Part shown: positions 12,244-25,119 of the stretch, in pieces
How the letters are laid out: every line of letters starts with the position of its first letter
Position numbering within the stretch: the first letter of the stretch is position 1
Assembly (NCBI GenBank): GCA_009602725.1
Contig: WELB01000010.1
Location: 1,011,494 to 1,075,493 of the forward strand
Direction: 5' to 3'
From: Spirogloea muscicola
Lineage: Eukaryota
Length of the DNA: 64,000 bases
The notes under the pieces: generated by a model
The model's input: only the letters and a program-made list of their open reading frames with translations
Databases searched by the model: none
What the model was told of the DNA's origin: nothing
Position numbers and translations under genes: made by a program

Positions 12244-14553
12244 TCACGAGTACAGAGCGACGGCAGCCATGATAGAGAGGCCGAGAAGGAGGAGAGACAG
12301 CTGCAGCCAACGGTTGCACTCGGCTCCTGAAGAGTGTGTGAGCTGCATCATCGTGATGTACAGGATTGTCCCTGCATCGGAGCGGTGGTACCTTCATTTA
12401 GCACAGGCGTCTAGAGGGCATGTAGATGATGGTCCATGCAGATGGATGTTTCAAAGTGGCTGCACGAACAGTGTCAACAAGTCATCAGCCAAGCCAAGGT
12501 CTGTAGTGCTAGCACAAAAGCACTGCAACATGACTTGGTTCAATGCAGGATGCAAACATGGGTACCGGCGCCAAAAGCCTGAGTGAGGTTGGCAGCAATT
12601 GTGCCTGCCGACCCCTTGACAACAAGCTCCGCCATCCCCACCAGGATACCAAGTGGTGTCATTGAGCAGTATATTAGCACCACGAGAATGGTCTTTCTCA
12701 TGTCAACCTTCTCTTTGACAAACTGCCGAGCAATACAAGAAGATGCTCAGCATATGAGGCAAGCTCAAGCACTGGAAGGCACTGCAACCAACTTGCAACT
12801 TCTTGGACTAGCAGCATTATGGAGCATTGAAAATCTACAGTCCAAAGTTGGTCAGAAGTAGGTCAGACTTCAATGACACAGGCAGCAAGGAGGAAGAGAC
12901 AGCAGCATCTACCTGCACCCCCACAGCAAATGCCTCCGCCCCCTTATGGGCAAGCACAGCAATCAGCAGACTGACAGCTGAATTGAAATGTGACTCAGCA
13001 CCAAGAGCAGCGCCAACGACGAAAGAGTGCAGCGAGAAGAGTCCTGCAAGAATGTATGCCATGCTAGCCTCGCCTCCAAGCACCAGATGGTGATGCTGGG
13101 AGTCATGCTCATGCGCATGCAAATTGGCACAGGCCTCGTCATTTGCTGACTGATCACGTCCCAGCCACTTATCCAAGCTGTGGGAGCTAGTCGCCCGAAG
13201 GACTTCGCTGCCCTGCTCTCTTCCAACTGCTTGACGTTGGACAGGCAGCTGACCGCCCCCATTTGTCGCGTGGGCGTGTGGCTTGTGCTGACATTCAAGT
13301 GCGTGCGAGCTGTAGGAGTGCACGTGCTGTCCCACCCTGGCACTTTCTTGCCCGCCCCTCGCCTCCCTAGCTGATGACACACGGTTTGTATGTCCGTTGC
13401 TCAGCTGCTGGACCTCTTGACTACTTGCAAGAGGGAAAGCCAGTCCTCCTTCCGCTTTGACCTCACCAGGCCCTTGTAGATCCAAGATAAGACTGCCACT
13501 CTGCACGTCATCCTTTATCTCGCCTGAGGCACGGTCCTCAAAGTTCCTTACTTGGCCTGCAGATTGAGCAGAGTTCAGAAGAGGCTCCAATCTGCTGATG
13601 TCCGCCTGGCCAAGCAATCCTGACGGACCATCCAGGGGTCCCTTCTTGATCCTGTGCCTGGCTACTGGACCATATGAGGATACAGGATGTACCTGTTGCC
13701 CAGTCACAAGCTCAATGAGAAGCGGTATTTGTGACAGTTATTGGCACAGATAATACACTTGACATATTGCATTCTCACACAGCAAGGCGGCAACTTGGAA
13801 CCTGGACGCTCCCAGTGGGTACTGTACATGCTGGCCCTTGTGAAGGAGCCTCACCTTCACATAGCAGATGCTTGCTCCACCGTGCTGTCTAGCCCCAGCA
13901 GCTACTGCGACCAGCCGCTCCTTCTCACCCGGGCCGCGGGAGCTGTGCCTCTCCACAAACCACACAATGAGGATACCAGCGGCGCAGACTGCATAGGCTA
14001 CAGGAAACTCGCTGCCGGACCAGAAGCCCACCCCAGCCTTGTGCAGCTCCTTTGCCGACTCAGGCAGCATGTGCAGCAAGCCCACACCCAGGAATACACC
14101 CGCCGTGAAGTACTTGCTCAGCTCCATGACAGTGCTCTGCAGGCTTTCCAAGAGCGTCAGGACGTCAGGAAGTTTACACTTGTATTTGTAACTGCACGAC
14201 TGTCAATTATCTGCGCACTAACTGGCGCATCTATGTGAGTGCTTCGACGGCCATGTCTAGTCCGAGTTGTCAAAGTCAGAATTCCTACTATCTGGAAATT
14301 TTCGGTTTCTGACGAGGCCTGCTGTCCACTGTATTAAGGCTAATGTGTGTCTCAAATGAGCTTGCTTTGCCCTGACTCCACCATTATGCAGTGCTTGGCA
14401 CCAGTAAAAGTCCAGGTTGCTTCGTCCAATGTATCGTACCTGATACTCCTGTGAGACATTGCTGAGCTTCAAGGGCAAGAAGCTCCCGAGGAGCGAGACG
14501 AAGACGACAGAGAGGATGGCGGCCAGCTTGAAGTAGATATCAAAGTCCTCCAT
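12244..14553 (-). CDS. ZIP family zinc/iron transporter
   Basis: KLAAILSVVFVSLLGSFLP; AGVFLGVGLLHMLPES; His-rich HAHEHDSQHHH before TM4; FSLHSFVVGAALG; IAVLAHKGAEAFAVG; last exon GTILYITMMQL...IMAAVALYS*. Confidence 0.9.
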
Positions 14554-14943
14554 CAGGCGCAGCTCGACCGCGTATTGCCCGCCGCTAGGCGAGCAACGTC
14601 CACTTCGTCTGGCCGCTGACGAGTCAGTCCAGCTGTGTCACTCCCTGCCAGGCCGAGCTCAGTCACGTCGACTTGGCCGGCTACTGGCACAAACACCGCT
14701 GCCGGTTGGTCATGTCCTCAAGGCCTCCTCTACCTCTGCTACCCGCTATGCGTCCTTCGTCGCCAGACGAGCCTTCCGTCGCTAGGCGGGCACCGTCTGA
14801 GCTCGCGCTGTAAGCCGGCAGGCTGCGCGAACTGGCTGGACAGTCCGCCCTCTGCTCCCGACAAGCAGTCCCTTTGGGGCGGCTGGAGCCACGACTGCCC
14901 GCAGCAGCGGCGGGGTCTCGCTGGACACCAGCCACGCGCCGTT

Positions 14944-14974
<31 letters not shown>

Positions 14975-15044
14975 AGCCGTCGCAGCCGCCGCAGTCGGCG
15001 GGCCAGAAGGCGGGGCCAGGTGGCCTGCGCGAAGCTCCGGTACT

Positions 15045-15245
15045 TGCTTGAGAGTGAGCACATGTCAAATCCGACAGGCTAACTTGGCCGGAAGCTGGAG
15101 CCGGAGCAACGGAAGCCATTGGGCCCCGGCTTGTAGTGCGCGACCCGGGACGGAAGGAAAATAGAAAGGGCTCGCCCATTGAGGATAGTGGCTGGAAAAG
15201 CCAGCCCAAAAAAGAAGGAACAAAGTACGAGAAGGGGGCCAGGGG
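15045..15245 (-). mobile_element. Composite relic of the CRE-like family (3' UTR motif A followed by ORF end)
   Basis: The minus strand carries GGCCCCTTC...GGGCTGGCTTTTCCAGCC...GGGCGAGCC (like 19970-20040), then QVSLSDLTC (like the ORF end ASLSDVRLLTR). Confidence 0.7.
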
Positions 15246-15825
15246 AAGCGCTAAGAGAAACAAGCACAACAAGAACTAAAGCAGCTACGTGTTACTCAGT
15301 AATCCCTGCTAAGCAGCCTCAGGTCAGAGAAGCTAGGCTCCTGGAAGTGGGTCCCCTGGCCAGAGCCAGAAAATAGCTCTCTTCACGTGAGGCAATGGCT
15401 GCTACGAGAGGCCAGCCCAAACGAGATGAACAAGATATGGAAGGGCCAGGAGGTCTCACACTAGCGCCAACAGCCTCGCTGTGACGACATCACAATCTTG
15501 ACGAAGCTGCCATTCGCCTGGAGTGGAGGCTTAAGCACTTCGCTGGATCCTGGGGTCTAGCATCCTGCTTATTGCATCCAGCCCTGTCAGACCTTGTCCG
15601 TTCCTGTGGGCTCTCCTCTCACAGCCATGTTTTGAAGCAAGCGCGGCCACATTAACTGGTGGCTGGGAGAGGCCAGCATTTGCCGTCGAATTTGGAAGAG
15701 CTGTCTTCTGTCCATTCATTTGGGCCGCCGCCCTGCTCGCCATCGGCCCAACCGCGCTTTCACGGCGCCGCCGTCGAAGTCGGAGCCCGGAGTTCCTACA
15801 GGCGAAGCACCTGTGCGAGGCGGTC

Positions 15826-18800
15826 GTGGCGCCTCGTCCCCGCATAGTGACGCGGCGGCAGCCCCCTGCCGCGCCTCTGCCTGCCTCTCCGTTGCCGCTC
15901 CCCGCCGTCCTCGCCGCCTCCTGCATCCACTTCGTCCTCAAGCAATCTCCGCCGCCGCCGCCGCCGCCATTCCCTCTCCAANNNNNNNNNNNNNNNNNNN
16001 NNNNNNNNNNNNNNNNNNNNNNNNNNNNNNNNNNNNNNNNNNNNNNNNNNNNNNNNNNNNNNNNNNNNNNNNNNNNNNNNNNNNNNNNNNNNNNNNNNNN
16101 NNNNNNNNNNNNNNNNNNNNNNNNNNNNNNNNNNNNNNNNNNNNNNNNNNNNNNNNNNNNNNNNNNNNNNNNNNNNNNNNNNNNNNNNNNNNNNNNNNNN
16201 NNNNNNNNNNNNNNNNNNNNNNNNNNNNNNNNNNNNNNNNNNNNNNNNNNNNNNNNNNNNNNNNNNNNNNNNNNNNNNNNNNNNNNNNNNNNNNNNNNNN
16301 NNNNNNNNNNNNNNNNNNNNNNNNNNNNNNNNNNNNNNNNNNNNNNNNNNNNNNNNNNNNNNNNNNNNNNNNNNNNNNNNNNNNNNNNNNNNNNNNNNNN
16401 NNNNNNNNNNNNNNNNNNNNNNNNNNNNNNNNNNNNNNNNNNNNNNNNNNNNNNNNNNNNNNNNNNNNNNNNNNNNNNNNNNNNNNNNNNNNNNNNNNNN
16501 NNNNNNNNNNNNNNNNNNNNNNNNNNNNNNNNNNNNNNNNNNNNNNNNNNNNNNNNNNNNNNNNNNNNNNNNNNNNNNNNNNNNNNNNNNNNNNNNNNCC
16601 CGCCGCCGCCCCTGCAGCCGTCGCCGCCGCCACCGCCGCCGTCCCCGCCGCCATTGCCGCCACCCCCGTCGCCGCCACTTCCGCCGCCTCCGCCGCCTCT
16701 CTCGCAGCGGCCACCTTCTCCTCCACCGTTGCAACCGACGCCTCCCCCCCCCTCAGTTCCGCCCAGCTCGCCCCCGCCTCTGCTGTGCCGACACTGCCAG
16801 GGCCCCTGCCCCACCCCCCGCAGCTTGGCCCAGCATGAGCTCGCCTGCGCCCGTCGTGAAAATCGCGCAAAACAGGCTCGACGAGCAGCATCAGCCGACG
16901 CTCGCCGTGGTGGCCACGGGAGGACTGTCCCACCAAGCCCAGCACAACCGGGCCGCCATCACTGGCAGTGGGCCGTGGACCTTGACCTGGCCGCGGTTCT
17001 CAGGCAGGCGGCGCTCCCCCTCGTCCGCCACGTTCCCCGCTGGGCACGCCCACACTTCCGCCGCGCCCTCCGCCCTGTCCTGCTCCGCATCGCAGCGGAT
17101 CACCGCGACCAAGCCGCGTGGACCATCTCTCTCCTCTTCCCTCGCCTGCTCTTGGGCCGGGTGCCGCATGAGGGCCACAGCCAGGGCCGCCAGCTCCTTC
17201 TGGAACGCATCCACCTCTTTGAGAACGGGCGATGGGAGGAGCTTCTGGCGCAACACGACGCTGCAGTGGCAGCAGCCGCCGCCAGTCGCCACACCCGGCG
17301 TGGGGAGTCGTCGTCCGGCAGAGCAGCGGCCATCCGGCGTGCTCTTCGATTTGGACACGCCGGCGAGCTCTCGCGGGCTGTGCAAGCACTTGAGGACTCT
17401 TCGCTGGCTCCACCGACCTCGACAACCAGACGTGCCCTGGACGCCCTCCATCCCGACGCCCGTGCCCCCTCCCCCCCTTGGCTGCCTTCCTTCGAGCCGC
17501 CCGAGGCGGTGGCCCTCGACAATGCAACCCTCCGCCGGGTACTCCAGAGCAGCCGCAGAGCAGCAGCAGGCGGCCCCTCTGGCATGCTCACGGAGCACCT
17601 CCGTGAGCTGTTCCTGGAGGGCGAGGCCTCCGACTTCCAGGCGCTGCTCCAAGTCTGTCAGCTCGTGGCACAGGACAAGGTCCCTGTTGCTACCCGCTCG
17701 GTGCTCTGCTCCAGCAACTTCCTCGCCATCGCCAAGCCCAATGGCGGAGTCCGCCCCATCGCCATCGGCGAGGTTCTGTACCGGCTGGTGGCCCGCACGC
17801 TGTGGCAGCAACATCTCGGGCAGGTGCAGACCCACCTTGCCCCACATCAATACGGCGCTGGGCTACGCAGCGGCGGGGAGACTGTCGTCCACGGCGTCCG
17901 CGCGGCCGTGGATCTCCACCCTGACTGGATGGTCCTGGCTGTCGATGTCCAAAACGCCTTCAACAGCGTAGAGCGCAGCGCCATTGCCGAGGAGCTGCGA
18001 GCAGCCTTCCCTTCCCTCCTTCCCTTCTTCCACCTTGGCGACGGCAAGCCCAGCGACCTTCTCTGGCGGACAGGGTGTGGCGAGGTGGAGACGCTGCAGT
18101 CGAGGACGGGCACACGCCAGGGGGATCCTCTGGCAGGGTTCTTCTTTGCGCTGGCTCACAACCGCGCTCTCAAGGCCACTGCGGCAGCGCACCCCGGCGT
18201 CCTCCTGCCATCCTACGCCGACGACACCACACTGGTCGGCAGCCCAGGGGATGTGTCAGCAGCCACCGCCACCTTCAAACAGCAGCTTGCCGCCCTCGGC
18301 ATGTCCATCCAGCCCGAGAAGTGCATCGCGTGGTCCCCACGCGGCCTCCCTGCCCCCTTGCCCCTGCCGCCTGGGTGCCAGACTCCCCCAGGCGGCCTCA
18401 CCATCCTTGGGGTCCCATTCGGCACGCCGTCTTTCGTCGACGGGCAACTGCGCCACCGTCTCCTGGAGCACCTCCAGCCGGTGACCCGCCTCCCCGAGCT
18501 GCAGGATATGCAGCTGGCGCTTGCAATGCTCACCAGATGCATTGTACAGCGTCCCCACTACCTGGCGCGGACGACCCCTCCCTGCCCCGAGGTGCTGGAG
18601 GCCTACACCAAGTGCGACGCGGGCGTCATGGAGAGCGTGGCGGCCCTCATCCGCCACCCGGGCTTCCTCGACTCGCCCGCTGCGGCGCACCAGGCTACAC
18701 TGCCCCCCGGCCATGGCGGCCTCGGCTGCCGCTCGCTCACTCGCATCTGCAGGCCAGCGTTCCTCGGCAGTTGGGCTCAGGTCGCCACGTCGGTGGCACA

Positions 18801-20140
18801 GCGCTTTCTCCATGATGGGCGGCCCATGCTGCAGCAGGCTGTGGCGGAGGTGGCGACCGGCTTGCTGCCTTTTCAGGTGGCGCTCCGCTCAGCTCAAGAC
18901 GAGCTACTTGCGGAGCACCCTGCCCTCGCCGAGAGCGTGGTCCCGTTTGCCCACCTTGCCCACTCCCCCGACTCGCAAGTGCAGGCGCGGTACATGGCGG
19001 CAGTTGACAAGGCGTCCTTCACGGCCACGCTACAGCTCCTCCCTCCCACTGACGTGCGAGGCCATGCTCGGCTGCTGTCGGCCGCCTCCCCTGGCGCGGC
19101 AGCCTGGCTCTCCGCGCTCCCCCTGTACGACGCCCTCAGGATGCCGGACGAACTCTTCCGTACGGCCACCCATCGCCTGTTGGGTCTTCCCCCGCCCTGT
19201 CTGCTTGGCGTGCTGCAGTGTGAGTGTGGGGAGCGGTCGACGGACCCGGCGGAGCTAGCGGCGCATATCCTTCGCTGCGCCACTGGCGGCGAGCGCACAG
19301 CCGCTCACGACCTCCTCCGCGACGGTATGTTCGGCATCTTTCAGGAGGCCGGATACACAGTTGCGATGGAGAATACTTCTGTCATGCCCATCCTCCAGTG
19401 GGCCGACGGACTCCAAACGCGCCGCGTCGACCTGGTGGCGTCCACGACGGGCGGTGGCGGGCGCATCATTGCCGATGTGGTCACCACTGATGTGGTCGAC
19501 CGCTCCAACCCGGGGCTTTCTGCCTCGCGGGCTGGCCACGCTGCGGCAAACGCCGCTCGCAGCAAGGCGGCCAAACACGCCGACCACCCGGCTGCCGACG
19601 AGTTCGTCCCCCTGGCTGTGGACATGCATGGGGCTCTCGGATCCCACTGGCTCGACCTGTTGGCCAGGCTTGCACGGCGCACTGTGTCCCGCAGGCGCGG
19701 TGAGCCGGCTGACTTCAACGCCGCTGGCTCGTGGGCTCAGGTGTATCGTATGCGCTTGTCCGTCTCCCTCCAGCGGTCCATGGCCCACGCCTTGCATCTG
19801 CGTGCTGGCCGTGCTCTCGCTGCGGCCTCCGGCTTTCGTCAGGGGGATAGTTTACCAGCAGCTAGTCTGTCGGATGTGAGGCTCCTCACTCGTAACCACT
19901 AAGTGGTCCATCCTCCCCCGTCTGGCCATAGCCTCTTCAGGCCCCGCAGTCGCTGCTTAGCTCGTAGTTTGGCCCCTTCGAACCTTGTCAATTCTTTTCG
20001 GGCTGGCTTCTCACAGCCCTTGCCCCCATTGGGAGAGCCACTTCTTCCCAGCCACCAGTCACTCTGGCCGCGCTTTTCTTTCTTTAGCAACGGTTGCCTC
20101 CACCAGCTGGCTTTCGCTTGGTTACCTTGCCCCTCTTAAC
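15826..20140 (+). mobile_element. Non-LTR retrotransposon with a restriction-like endonuclease (CRE-clade-like), single ORF 15826?-19902 plus 3' UTR
   Basis: Intronless ORF, open from the gap end (16599) to 19902. It encodes a Pro-rich N-terminus; a Zn finger CRHC..HELAC; RT motifs GGPSG, GVRPIAIGE, QYG, VDVQNAFN, GTRQGDPL, SYADD and ILGVPFG; a CCHC knuckle CECG...H.LRC; and an REL domain HDLLRD...RRVDL...ADV...K..K. Confidence 0.9.
15982..16598. other. Assembly gap inside the CCG-rich 5' part of the retrotransposon ORF
   Basis: Run of N flanked by (CCG)n. Confidence 0.99.
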
Positions 20141-20439
20141 ATAGGAGAGAAGAAGTTTTCGCCCGTGAAGGATAAGTGCTCGCACATAGGGCTTTGCTTT
20201 GAGGTGAGCGCAGTGCCTCCCACAACCTATTAAGAAACGCAGTGTTTGTTTTTGTTGTTCACGAGGCTGGGTACCATCTCCTTGGAGGTGTTGGGAAATA
20301 TGCCTGTCATTCAGAAACGCGGTATGTGAGGCGTCTGGATGTTGTTGCCACCACCCCGGAGCTGCAGGCCTTGCTCCTCCTTGACGTCGTATTATTGACG
20401 CTTTCCAGTCGGGGACACTGACGCCGACTGTGCGCAGTT

Positions 20440-21030
20440 GGTCGACAAACCATGAGAACGAAAGGAGGAGCGGCATTACAAGGACCACCCCCAAGGAGAC
20501 CACTCTCTTGTGCATGATGAACATTGATGGCAGCCATGGTATCAAGTGGTCCTTCCTCCTCCATCGCCTGGCCCACCTGATCGACGCGCACCATCGTAGT
20601 CGGGCCAGTAGCTTACGGCATGTTATCATCCAGCAAGCACTGGTTGCATACACCAGAATGCGGCTCTCGCTTACTTTGCAGCGTTCCTAAGCTCTACAGC
20701 TTATAACGAGTGCTGGACGCGTCACTGGCTTGCGATGTGGTGCTCCAATCTGAGATGTGTGCTTACTCGTGAGTACTAGAGTCCCTCTTCATTTGTCTTC
20801 TGTCGCTTTGTTATCTTAGCCCTCTTTGAGATCTCTCCTGTTCCTCCTACAAACAATGTACTGGCTGCTTTGGCCTCCCTCTCAATTCATCCGCATTGCG
20901 CGCCTTTCTCTGTGTAGCCCCGATCATCGCACTAGTCGGTGCTTTTTTCATATTGTTAAATTTTCATATCTTGTTGGCTTGTTTTGGCCTCCCTTCCATT
21001 CCATGCACACCGCGCGCCTCCCTCCCCCTC
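20440..21030 (+). mobile_element. 5'-truncated relic of a related RLE element
   Basis: NIDGSHGIKWSFLLHRLAH...YTRMRLSLTLQRS aligns with DMHGALGSHWLDLLARLAR...YRMRLSVSLQRS in the intact ORF. The terminal motif TTGGCCTCCCT...GCGCGCCT occurs at ~20870 and ~20985. Confidence 0.8.
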
Positions 21031-22379
21031 CCTCGTACATCTGTAAAACTTCCTTGTACTTAGCCACTCAGGCCCTCCATTACTTAATACCCACTCCATT
21101 TCCTTCCCCATCCTCTCCAGTGCCTCCGGACACAGACAGAAAGAAGGCGAGCTGCCCCGCTTTTGGAAAAGCTGCTACTGATGTCCGAGGGCGGCTATCA
21201 AAGCTAGCAGAGTACAGCGTATCTCGGGGGAAGAAATGCTGAAAGTAACCTGCATGATGTGCACTAAGCCCACGCGCTCAACTTTGTGTGGCTGGCCCCT
21301 AGCTACAGACGGTTAGATCTGCTCCCGCAGGGTGTGCCCACTGAAGTGGAGAGTACATTATTGGAGTGCATAGTTACTGCAAGGACCCTACATGGACATT
21401 ACATAGACTAGGCAGCTCTGGGGCCCACACATTACGTGCCTTGTCAGCAATGCGAAGTCACATGAGCTGAAGGAGAAGGAGAGGAAACCCCGAGCAATCT
21501 AGAAGCTGCTGCAAGGCACGACTGGCATGTGGTGCACGGCCAGTGATCAAGACCAGTGGAGCACCATGAAGAGAGCACGCAGTACCCAATGAAAGACCCA
21601 AGGGCACTATCCTAAGAGCGTGTTGAAGTAAGCCATTCTGTACAATATAGGCTCTTTCATCGTAGGGAGCTATTGAATAGCATTTGCACCATGCGGAGCC
21701 TCAGACTGGGCAGGTCAAGGCCCACTTACACCATGTCAGCGTTGAAAATCAGATCAAATACGTAAGCAAAGGCTTGCAGTCGCACGAAAGGGAACCCAAA
21801 CCGAAGGGAGGTAAGAGAATGCGGCTGCTGATATGGAAAAAAGCGGCTGTAAAAGCCAGCCAGATGCATACAGATGATCAAGACTGAGCCACAGGCTAGG
21901 CAGACAGGGCGCTCTTAGTGCCCCCGTGTCAGCAGTAGGAAGTCAGATGAGCAAGAAGGGGAGGAACCTTGCTGCGCAGCCAGAGGCCGCTGCTAGGGCA
22001 TGAGCAGCATCGTGGTGCAAGGCCAGCCATCAGAACAGCCCCATGAAGAAACGCATACCACGACACAAGACCAGAAGGCACATAGAGATAGGTGCTGTAA
22101 ACACCAGTCAAGTCCACACTAAATGAAGGCACTCTCATGCAAAAGTCATTTGAGTGCATCTAATCCACAAGGAGCCGCAGCCTACCCAGCTCTGGGCCCA
22201 GTCAGTACCCCAGTGTCAGCATCAGGAAGTCAGATGGGCCGAGGGGGATTTTTGCTCCCTCGTCCAAGGTCCTTGTCCGTTTTTTCCGAGCTGGCCTTCG
22301 GAGCCATCGCATCCGGATCAAGCTCTGTCCTGATATTCTTCTGCTCCCTGCTCGCATCACCGCTTCTCAACGAAGAGAG

Positions 22380-22935
22380 AGCTGGTGTGCGGTGCGCATC
22401 AAATGAAAGGGAGGCCAAGCCAAGCCAATCCCAAGGCACAAGGCAAAGGAAGTGCAATCATTGGGCATATGCAAAGCGAAGCCCTAAGCTAAGAGGGGCC
22501 AAGGAAGCAGGGTGGATGCACGGCTGGGGGGGCCTTTTGACTAGAGGTCATTGAGAGCCCACTTGCTGACGTCTTGGACACTAGTATCCTGCTTATTGCG
22601 AAATCCGGCCCTTTCAGACCTTGTCCATTTATGTGGGTTGGCCTCTCACAGCCATTGCTGTCAATATGGAAGAGCTATTTCCTTTGGCGCCTCATCATAG
22701 CTTGTCAGATATGCATGTGCTCACTCGGGGATTAGTGTCCCCCTTAGCCAGCTCATTACCCAGTCAACAGGACATTTGTAAGGCTAGAATTGGCCTCCCT
22801 CTCAATTTCATGCGCACCGCGCGCCTTGTCTCTCTTTCGACTTACCAGTGAGCACATAGAAGTCGGATAAGGAGAGGAAGAAGCAGCTCTTCCAAAAGGG
22901 GCAAGTGCTGTGAAAAGCCAGCCCACAAGTACAGA
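22380..22935. mobile_element. Cluster of three relics in alternating orientation (22380-22510 -, 22580-22840 +, 22845-22935 -)
   Basis: Contains motif A, the ORF-end peptides SLSDMHVLTRG and LSDFYVLTG, and the terminal motif TTGGCCTCCCTCTCAATTTCATGCGCACCGCGCGCCT followed by a CT-rich tail. Confidence 0.75.
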
Positions 22936-23308
22936 GAAACACAGGCTGACTTGCAAGCCGGAGCAGGAGACCAAGGGAGCAGGTGAGACCGGAACACGAG
23001 ACAGACGAGCGCGAGGCTGCCGTCGGTGAGACGAGAGGGGAAACGTGGAAAAGGGCCACCTCCTCGCGCATGCCCTCCTGCCGTCCGATGGGCGCCATCG
23101 GACAGCTCTCCCGGTGGGTAAGGTAGGGGTTTTGTGAAAGGGGATTCCAGAATGGTCGACGAAACCCAGGCTCCTGAATGCGGCAAGGGCACACGCCCTA
23201 GAGCCGCCGCCGCCGCCGCCGCCGCCGCAGCCGCCGCCGCCGCGGCCGCCGCGTCAATGCAGCTCTTGGCCAGGCCCCTCGGCTGCCAGCTGNGGGGAGC
23301 GCGGCGCC

Positions 23309-24638
<1,330 letters not shown>

Positions 24639-25119
24639 GGGGAGGCTTGCTGGAACTGGTTGGCCCACTCTGGTAGGCCCATGTTGGGCGTCCTGGAAGA
24701 CTTCAATACCCGTTTTTTCCATTCGTCCATCATATCCCAAAGTACTAACCACCCTTCTGTGTCACTCCCCATTGTTGGTGGTGCGGGCAGTGGTACATCA
24801 AAGAATAATCAACATATTGCTGTGGTATATTACAATTTGGCAGTGAGCATCTGTGTATCACAGTATCGTGCCTGCAAGACTGATTGCTGAACCTAGTCAA
24901 AGAAGCTGCAAGTGATGGCTTCTTAAATTCCGGCAGCAAGTGTTGGCAGCAGGTTGCGTGTGTTGCGGCTTGCTATACTACAGCTGGCCGAGGTGCACAG
25001 GCATGGCCCGTAATATGGACTGGCTGCTTTAGGCTGTATGCTCAAGTAAGAGTGCCACATCTGTGCTTTAAAGAATCAAGTGAACATTGCTCTGTTGGTA
25101 CACCATACTGCAAGCATGC

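Noticed and set aside
15531..16945. Several long ORFs spanning the N gap on both strands
   Set aside because: Artefacts of N runs and CCG repeats lacking stop codons.
16835..19879. Overlapping alternative-frame ORFs within the retrotransposon
   Set aside because: GC-rich shadow ORFs with no recognisable motifs.
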